Below, one piece after another: positions 9,026 through 16,121 of a stretch of DNA of 18,717 nt. How positions within the stretch are numbered: position 1 is the stretch's first letter; every line of letters starts with the position of its first letter. This DNA is from Prasinococcaceae sp. CCMP 1430. Its lineage: Eukaryota; Plantae; Prasinodermophyta. The stretch lies in contig RQSC01000499.1 of the NCBI GenBank assembly GCA_013416795.1, positions 1-18,717 of the forward strand. The letters run 5' to 3'. The notes beneath the pieces are model-generated. The model was not told the origin of the DNA. It did not search any database and worked only from the letters and a program-made list of their open reading frames with translations. The position numbers were made by a program, and so were the translations under genes.

Positions 9026-11884
9026 TCAAAGCTCCCCGGTGCTCCACGTACGCCCCGCGCCCCACCGCTGTGGCAGCAGGTCACCGCCGCTGTCGGCAGC
9101 ACTCGTGGCAAGCAGCGAAAGCACCTCAGCGAACCGCGCAGAATCGCGTACGCTAACCAGCTTCGCAGCCTTCTGCACATGCCTGAGCCCCGCGCCGCTC
9201 GGCCCTGATTCGCCGATCCCCACTCCCGCCCCGCCCCGCGTGCGCTCGCTCGCTGCGCAGCCCTGAAGCGCCTTGCTTGCGGCCTGCCCCGCCGCTTTGG
9301 CCTCCTTGGTGGTGGTGTTTGCCGCTGAAGCTGCGACCACCGCAATGTGCTCGGCCGCGCAGAGGGAAGGCATCACCACGCGCGCGTCGAACGCCCCCTC
9401 GAGCAACCCCACTTGATCGGAGGTGCCCACTATGAGCAGCCTGCCGGCGCCGGGCTCCGGCCTGTTGGCCGCTTGGATGGCTGCCGCCAACACGCCGCCC
9501 AGGCCGGCGCGCACGTACGTCTCCACCGACTCGATGAGCACAGCGCCCGCCGCCCCACCGCGCCGCGCGCCTCCGAGCCCCTCGGCGAGCGCAGCCGCCG
9601 CCTGGTCGGACGTCAGACCTGTCAGCTGGCTGGCAGGCAGCAGCCCCACGCGCGAGAAGGCACCAGCGTGCTCGAGGAGCGCAGCAGACGCAACTTGCAT
9701 CGCGCCGCTACCCGCGGCGCCCTCGACTGACACAGACAGCGTGAGGGCCTGCCCGTCCGCCTCGGCGAGCATGGCCACGAGCCGCGAGGCCTCGTCCAGC
9801 TGGGCCTCGAACGGCGCGCGGGCGCTCTGCGGGAGCGCCTGCGCTGCCACATAGTCAATGCTCATCACGTGGTCCCCGGCCACGTCCCTCACCGCGCTGC
9901 GCAGGTCCGACATTGTGATGTGAGCGAGCGAGTGCGTCGCGCCGTCCTCGTCGCCATCGGCAGCCTGCCCGCCGTCCGCCTCAGGCATGACGCCGATCCA
10001 CACCGACTCCGCGACCGCCGCGTAGCGCTCGAACGCGCGCGCCGACGCCGCCTTGACTGTCGCCGCGAGGTCCGCGCCAGTGAAGCCAGCGGTCTGCGCA
10101 GCGAGAGCGTCCAGGTCCACGTCAGAGGCGAGCAGCCCGGCGCCGCCCAGCCTGTCGGTGTGCACGGCTAGGATCTCCCTCCGCCCCTCGAGGTCCGGCG
10201 GCGCTACCTCGATCTGCACGTCGAATCGGCCGGAACGCAGCAGCGCGGGGTCTATGAGCTCCCTCCTGTTGGTCGTGCCCACGACGAGCACGTTCGATTG
10301 CGCCTCCAGGCCATCCATCTTTGCGAGCAGCGTCGCCACCGCGCCTTCGTACGGCAGCGCCGCAGCGTCGTTGCCCATGAGACCGCGCGCCTTGAACATC
10401 GAGTCGACCTCGTCAAACACGAGCACGTGCAGCTCGGCGTCGTCGCCGTTCTGCTCGGCGTCTTCCTCGGCGGCGGCGAAGAGCTGGCGGATGCGCGCCT
10501 CGCTCTCGCCCGGCGAGCGGTTGATGAGCTCGGGCCCAGACACGAAAGTGGTGTGGCGCGTGCCCATGAACTTTGCCAGCTGTCTGCTCAGCAGCGTCTT
10601 GCCGGTGCCCGGCGGGCCGTAGAGCAGCAGGCCCTTGACGTGGCCCAGCGCGAAGCCCTCGCGGATGTTCCGTGGCAGCAGGCGGCTCGCCAGCACGCGG
10701 CGCATGATCTCCTGCATGGGGCCGGCGAGGCCGCCGATGCCCAGGCGGCTCGCGTTGAGCTCGGGTCGCAGCGCACCGTCGGCGTACCCGACTGCTTCCT
10801 CGAGGGAGCCGGTGAGCCCGCCGGCCGTCGTCACGAGGACGCGCGCACTGCTGCCTCCGCGCCCAGCTGGCAGGCGGCAGTACAGCAGCGAGTGGGGGGA
10901 CTCGACGTCGTGCGCGACGCCCTTGCAGGCGCGTCCGCCCACGTGTACGGTGGCGCCCTCGTCGCCAAAGTTACGCCCCTCCACCGCCAGGAGCACGCCT
11001 CCGCCGCGCGGACACAGCACGGTGACCGCCGCGTCCGCGTCGCTCGCGTTGCAGCCGCTGACGCGCTCGACCACGGGCGTCGCGTACGACAGACCGCAGC
11101 CGCCGTAGCGCGCGCCACCGGAGCGGATCCACTGCTCTCGCGCGTGCTCCTGCTCCTCGGTGAGCTCCGCCTGCGCGACGCAAGTGCCATGCATGGCCTC
11201 GCCGTTTGGCGGCCGGTGGCTCACGATGACGGGGACGTCGAGGCCCGTGCCCGGAGGCAGCGTGCAAGCGATCTCGCGGTATGCCTGCCGATAGCGCACG
11301 CTGGCGCACTCGCGCCCGCCGACGGTCACGCTTGCGCCATCCAGTCCGAAGTCCTCGCCTTTGATCACTATTGTGGCGCCGCCCGCGCTGGGGCACTCGT
11401 ACGTGTGCCCCGTGCCGTCGCAGCCCGAGATGCCCGTGATCGACGGTCCGGCATACGACAGGCCGGCCTCGAGGGTCACGCGCTCGCCTGACTGCGACAC
11501 GGTGACGTCGAGGCCTGCGCCCACTCCCGGCGGCAGGCGGCACGTCAGCGTGTCGTTGCCTCCGGGCGCGGACGCGCCAATGAAGCTCACGCCAGAGCAC
11601 GGCTTCGTGCCCACGCTCACGCGCGCCTGGGCACCGAACCCGAGTCCATTGACGTGGAGCTGCGTGCCACCAGAGGTCGCGCAGCGGCGCGTCGCTGGTC
11701 CGTCCTTCTCGGGGCATCCGCGAACCGAGAGGATGATCGCGTCGCTGCCTGTCGCCAGCGCGGGCGGGGGCGAGGCGCTCACCAGCAGCACTGCGAGCGA
11801 CGCGGCGATCCACTGCGGCGCGCGCCCCTCCGGGCGCGTTCGCTCTCTCCTTCGTGGTGCAGTCGTCCGGCCAGGGCGCGCCGC
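9026..11884 (-). CDS. NSF/Sec18-family AAA+ ATPase (intact D1, degenerate D2) fused behind a signal-like hydrophobic segment and three IPT/TIG-like repeats; 5' end unresolved
   Basis: D1 follows NSF closely: LGIGGL..MQEIMRRVLASRLLP, HVKGLLLYGPPGTGKTLLSRQLAK, SGPELIN..GESEARIRQLFAAAEED, LHVLVFDEVDSMFKARG, LLAKMDGLEAQSNVLVVGTTNRRELIDPALLRSGRFDVQIEVAPPDLEGRREILAVHT, DVDLDALAAQTAGFTGADL. Upstream are three repeats of the form (P)xI/VxxV/IxGC..C...GG..L/IxV/IxGxxFG...VxVG...C...L/IxCxLPxGxG...VxV...L/VS/GY. The hydrophobic segment WIAASLAVLLVSASPPPALA starts at 11812. There is no credible in-frame ATG just upstream. Confidence 0.88.
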   Translation of the reverse strand, partial: AARPGRTTAPRRRERTRPEGRAPQWIAASLAVLLVSASPPPALATGSDAIILSVRGCPEKDGPATRRCATSGGTQLHVNGLGFGAQARVSVGTKPCSGVSFIGASAPGGNDTLTCRLPPGVGAGLDVTVSQSGERVTLEAGLSYAGPSITGISGCDGTGHTYECPSAGGATIVIKGEDFGLDGASVTVGGRECASVRYRQAYREIACTLPPGTGLDVPVIVSHRPPNGEAMHGTCVAQAELTEEQEHAREQWIRSGGARYGGCGLSYATPVVERVSGCNASDADAAVTVLCPRGGGVLLAVEGRNFGDEGATVHVGGRACKGVAHDVESPHSLLYCRLPAGRGGSSARVLVTTAGGLTGSLEEAVGYADGALRPELNASRLGIGGLAGPMQEIMRRVLASRLLPRNIREGFALGHVKGLLLYGPPGTGKTLLSRQLAKFMGTRHTTFVSGPELINRSPGESEARIRQLFAAAEEDAEQNGDDAELHVLVFDEVDSMFKARGLMGNDAAALPYEGAVATLLAKMDGLEAQSNVLVVGTTNRRELIDPALLRSGRFDVQIEVAPPDLEGRREILAVHTDRLGGAGLLASDVDLDALAAQTAGFTGADLAATVKAASARAFERYAAVAESVWIGVMPEADGGQAADGDEDGATHSLAHITMSDLRSAVRDVAGDHVMSIDYVAAQALPQSARAPFEAQLDEASRLVAMLAEADGQALTLSVSVEGAAGSGAMQVASAALLEHAGAFSRVGLLPASQLTGLTSDQAAAALAEGLGGARRGGAAGAVLIESVETYVRAGLGGVLAAAIQAANRPEPGAGRLLIVGTSDQVGLLEGAFDARVVMPSLCAAEHIAVVAASAANTTTKEAKAAGQAASKALQGCAASERTRGGAGVGIGESGPSGAGLRHVQKAAKLVSVRDSARFAEVLSLLATSAADSGGDLLPQRWGAGRTWSTGEL

Positions 11885-11885
11885 G

Positions 11886-12283
11886 CGCGGCAGCACAGTC
11901 TGCCCACGTCTTATTGTACGCCAGCCGCAGCGCGCCCACCTCGAGCACCACGTTGTCGTCGGACAGGGACTGCTCAACACCACGCACGAAAGTCTCCTTA
12001 ACCTCCGAGAGGAAGAGCGCGTCCTCGTCGTCTGACTCGACATCCGATTCATCCTCGTCGTCGTCGCCGAAACCTGCCCCGCCCTCCTCGTCGCTCGTGT
12101 CGCAGCGCTCCTCGTCGGCGACGTCCACCAAGGAGCGCTGCGGCGGCGGAGCAAGGCTTGCGAAGGCAGCCTCCTGGTCGACCTTCCACAGCAGCCCCCG
12201 CCCCCCAGCCCCCACCTCGCTCGCACTCTCCGTGCCGGCGCTTCCCTGCATGCCGCCGTCATCTACGCCGCCGCCGCCACGTA
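11886..12283 (-). CDS. EIF2B5: Partial translation initiation factor eIF2B epsilon (linker plus start of W2 domain), truncated at both ends
   Basis: EVGAGGRGLLW...acidic linker...DALFLSEVKETFVRGVEQSLSDDNVVLEVGALRLAYNKTWADCAAA matches the recalled eIF2B-epsilon signature F..EV..T..RG.EE....DN..LE(I/V)..L(K/R).AYN....ADC. It is bounded upstream by the N at 12284, and similarity stops abruptly after DCAAA. Confidence 0.8.
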
Positions 12284-12284
12284 N
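12284..12284. other. Single ambiguous base (n), probably an assembly gap or contig join
   Basis: The only N in the window. It sits where the eIF2B-epsilon frame loses similarity and 59 nt before the divergent GTF3C6 start. Confidence 0.6.
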
Positions 12285-12342
12285 CGCCGCGCCGCGCGCC
12301 TGGCGCCCCCCGCGCGCGATCCGCGCAACGGGCGACGCGGCG

Positions 12343-12828
12343 ATGGACGTCGACACGGCCACGGCGTCGGCGGGGGGCACCGATGCGCCCCCCGAGGACG
12401 ATGAGTACGAATTTGAGGTAGTCGAGGAGCTCGTGCTGCTGCGTGCATCGGAGACGGCGCTCAGCATCGAGCCGGACGACATGCTGCGCATCGAGGGCCT
12501 CGGCACCGACACACCGGAGCTCATCGTGAACGGCGGTGCCCGAGGCGAGCAGAAACTGCGCGGACAGTACGAGCACGTGGTGGGCACCAGCGTGCTGGTC
12601 GGCGGCGATGGACCCAGCGGCCCGGAGGGGCTGCAGCGCGAGCTTCTCAGGCGCAAGGACGCGGGCGAGTCCCTGGCAGACGCCACCACCGTGCTGCGCG
12701 CCCAGGAGGGCGCGCAGCCCATCGTGCTTGGCGTGGCGGACAGCAGGGTAACGCTCACCGGCTATGGGCCGGGGCGCGCGAGCGGGACGGCGCCCTCCAA
12801 GAAGCAGGCAAAGAAAAAGAAGAAGTAA
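12343..12828 (+). CDS. GTF3C6: TFIIIC subunit 6-like protein (TFIIIC_sub6 domain), 161 aa
   Basis: An acidic N-terminus followed by EELVLL...LRIEGLGTDTPELIV...LRGQYEHVVGTSVLV matches the recalled GTF3C6/Sfc7 pattern (ExxLVLVEL...GlDTexPxLxv...GeYexxvGTxvif). The basic NLS-like tail PSKKQAKKKKK ends the protein. Confidence 0.72.
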   Translation: MDVDTATASAGGTDAPPEDDEYEFEVVEELVLLRASETALSIEPDDMLRIEGLGTDTPELIVNGGARGEQKLRGQYEHVVGTSVLVGGDGPSGPEGLQRELLRRKDAGESLADATTVLRAQEGAQPIVLGVADSRVTLTGYGPGRASGTAPSKKQAKKKKK

Positions 12829-12875
12829 ACGGCGACACCTTACGTTCGAGCGCGCGCGAGCGGAGCGGCCGCACC

Positions 12876-15388
12876 TTAGGTGTGCGCGTGCTGCGCCGAC
12901 CCCGCCTTGGCCGACGCCGCCCCGCGCCTCGTGCCCAGCGCCGTGCCTGCCACGGGATGCGACGTCGACGAGCTGCAGTGCACCTCGTGCACCTCGTCCA
13001 TGTCGGAGCTTGCGGCGACCTGTGCGTGCGTCTGGCGCGTGAGCACCGCCGACGCGAGCAGCACGATCAGCGTCGCGGTGCTCACGCGCACGAAGACCTC
13101 GGACGCGCGCGCACCGCGCCTGCGCGCGCCAGTGTCCACCCCCCCGAGCGTGAGGTGCGCGACCATCGCAGCTCCGTCCGAGCGCTCCGTCGCTTGAGCC
13201 GCGAGCGCGCCGACGTCCATCGCCGCCGCAGGCCGTCCGGCCGCGTCGAACGCCGAGCTAAGCCCGGTCGCCTCCGCCCCGACCGTCGAGTGGCGCAGCA
13301 CAGCAGCGCCAAGCTCGACGGAGCGCAGGCGCGCGACGTGCGTCGCGTGCGGCTCGCGCCCCACGAGGTCGGCCGAGGGCGCCACGATAAGCTCGGCACC
13401 CGCGCGGGCGGCCTGGTACGCGCGGTCGTCGAACTCGATGTCGCTGCCAACGAGCGCCGCCACGGCTCCCAGCGGCGTGAGGGCCACGGGCACTACCTCC
13501 GCGTCGCCGGCCTCGTCGGGGACGGCCGCGCGGGCTTCGCCACCGGGGGCCGGGTAGCGCTTGGCGGCCACCAGCAGCGGCTCGGTGCTCGAGGGCGAGA
13601 GCAGCAGCACCTTGTTCATCACCTGCGCGCGACCGGTCGGCCCGCGGTACACAGCCCCGATGGACATCGCCAGCATCGGGACACCGGGCGTTTGAGGAGC
13701 GGAGGGCGCGCCCTCGTCCTTGCCGACCGCTGCGGCGGCCCCGGCGTCGCCGTCGCGCGCCGCGTCCCAGTCTTCGTCGCCGCCGTCGCCGTCGTCGCCG
13801 CCGCCGCTCCCGCCGCCGACGTCCGCGCTGTCTCCCCTGCTCGCGCTGGCCGCTGCGCCCCTACCGCCCGCCTGGACGCCGGCCTGCCGCCGCTGCTCGG
13901 CGAGGTCTGCCGCCACGTCCGCCAGAAAGGCCGTGGCTCGGTCCACGAGCGCGCTCTCGTTGCTGCCACCCATGACTGGCAATGCGAGCTCTGGCCAGAT
14001 CACCAGCTCGGCGCCCGCCTGCATCTCCCTCCAGGTGCGCACCATCAGCCTGCGCTCCATCTCGGACAGATCGCGGTCGAGCCAGGCCATTTCCTCGGCC
14101 GAGGTCAGCTCTCCGGGAAGGAAGGGGCGCACGCGGCGCCCCACGTCCAACGCGCGGTACGCCCGTTCCTCGGCCTCGCGCCGCTCAAACAGCGAGGATT
14201 CTGCGGCGCGGACTGCGGCGGCCGCCTGCGACGCGCGTGACGCGGCCTCGTCCACGGCGGCCAGAGCGGCCCGGGCGTCCGCGGCCGAGCGCGAGCGCGC
14301 GCCCCCTCGGCCGTCGCCTTCCTCCGACGTTTCTTGCGAGCCGGCTCCGACCGCCTCGCCGCCGACCTCACCGGCACCCTCACCGACGCAGCGCTCGTCG
14401 GCGCCCTCGAGGCGCTCGGCGCCGGGCGCCAGTGCGCATGCGCCGTCCGCTGAAGCGCGGCCGCCGGCGTCCGCGCCGGCGCTCGCGTCCAACCCAGCGA
14501 GCAGCTCGTCCGCCGCTGCCTGCGCGTCGGCAGCCGCCTGCGCCGCCACCTCCATTTCGCCGCGCGCACGCTCGAGCGCCTCGGCCGCCTCGGCGACGGC
14601 AGAGGCGGCGCGGCGCGCCTCCTCCTCGACCTGGCTCGCGTTCTGGTCGCCAGCGTCGCCGCCCTCGGCGGCCCGCCCCGCCCCGGCCTGCGCGCGCCCC
14701 CTTCTTTTCCGTGGCGTTTCGGAGGGCCGCGGGGCGTTTTCCGCCGCACGCGCGCGAAATCCGCCCCGCGGCGGCCCCTCGAGCATGCGCCCCGCCCTCG
14801 GCGACGCGCGACGGCGGCGGCGGCGGCGCGCTCTCGGCGCGCGCGCTTGCGGCGCGCGCCCGCAACGAGCGTCGCCAACGCCGACGCGAGCCACACGAGC
14901 GAAAAGCCCACGAGCTGCGCGCCCGCGAGAGCCGCGAGCTGCACGAGGCTCCCCACGCCGGAGGCGTACCCGATGCGCGTGGCGTTCCCGCCGAAGCCCG
15001 GCGCCAGGCGCGCGCGCACCTCGTCGACGAGCACGACGGCGCACGGCAGGCAGAGCGTCACGGCCAGCGCGACCCACGCCCGCGGGGCGGCGCGGCGCTC
15101 GAGCACGCGCGTGACGACCACAGCGTGTAGCACCGGGGGCAGCGCCGCGGCGAGCGCCGTCCAGCCCACCGCGGCCGCAGCGCCGAGCGGTCCGTTGTCA
15201 TCGACCGCCTCGTTGTTGAGGATGCCGCGCTGGGCGCGCGCGCCCGCCGCTGGGCCGTGGCGCACCACAATCGCGAGCGCGGCGACGGCCGCAGCGGCGA
15301 GCGACCCACCGAGCTCAACAGCGAGCGCGGGCGCCGCCGAGGCCGCGACCACGCCCAGCGCGGACTGCGCGGGCACCACGAGCACCAT
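12876..15388 (-). CDS. Apolipoprotein N-acyltransferase (Lnt)-like membrane protein with carbon-nitrogen hydrolase domain, probably join(complement 14750..15388, 12876..14687); 5' end and frame junction uncertain
   Basis: N-terminal multi-TM region ending IGYASGVGSLVQLAALAGAQLVGFSLVWLASAL (Lnt-like GY..L.Q.A...G...F). Nitrilase-fold motifs: GAELVIWPE (Glu), NKVLLL...AAKRYPAPGGE (Lys), TPLGAVAALVGSDIEF, GAELIVAPSAD, HVARLRSVELGAAVLR...GLSSAFDAAGR. A final TM segment reads VSTATLIVLLASAVL. The two halves are in different frames, which a 62-nt GT-AG intron (14688..14749) or a single indel would reconcile. Confidence 0.75.
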
Positions 15389-15900
15389 CGCGGCCGCGCC
15401 GACGAGCGCGCGGCCGACGCCCCTCGACGCACGCGCGAGCGGAAGGGGGGGGATAGGTTGAAGGACGGGGAAGAGGGAGAGAGGCGGGGGAGGGGGCTGC
15501 GGCCGCACGCCTGCCCCCCTGGCGTTGGTGGACGCCCCGCACGCCTCCGCGCCTGCGAGCGCGGGGGCGCTGCTCCTTCGCCTGCTGCGCCTGGCCTGGG
15601 CAGGCGAACGAGAGGTCGCCGAGGGGCGAGCGCGCTCCGCAGCTTCCAGGCGTCGCAAAGGTCACTCGCCCTCCCAGCGCAGCACCCCTCGGCCTCCTGC
15701 GCCACGTCCGCCCTCTGCGCGCCCAGCCGCCCGCGCCCGCGGCCCGCCTGTGGCGCCCGCGCAGGTGGGCGGAGCGGGCGCGGCGGGCATCGCCTGCAGG
15801 GTGCAGCGCGCGGCCGCGGGCGCCCGAGGCGTTGCCGCGGTGGGGCTGAGGGTGCGCGAGGACGAGGGGGCGCGCCCGACGCCGCTGGACGCAATGCGGC

Positions 15901-15902
<2 letters not shown>

Positions 15903-15942
<40 letters not shown>
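15903..15942. repeat. G40 homopolymer
   Basis: 40 consecutive G counted directly, between the desaturase stop and the Lnt-like gene 5' region. Confidence 0.9.
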
Positions 15943-16121
15943 CGCGGAGAGGCCTTGCTTGGTACATTTACCTCGGAATGGGTGGCAGTCTGGTGCCGTG
16001 CGGGATCGGGGAGGCCGGGGGTGCGGGGTGGTAATGTGTGTGTGGGGGGGGATGGGGAGGCCGAGCAGCGCGCGGCGCGGCACGCTGGGGCGCGCGCACC
16101 GGCCGCGTCAGCCGCACGCGC

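Noticed and set aside
12876-15388. Lnt-like gene as bacterial contamination
   Set aside because: It is flanked by clearly eukaryotic genes, with the same GC and codon style and long eukaryote-type low-complexity insertions. Ancient HGT remains possible.
15659-15967. In-frame TGA (15662-15664) between ORF 15662..15967 and ORF 14105..15658 as selenocysteine or read-through
   Set aside because: The flanking peptide is low-complexity with no redox motif, and no SECIS-like element was recognised. An unresolved 5' exon or UTR is a simpler explanation.
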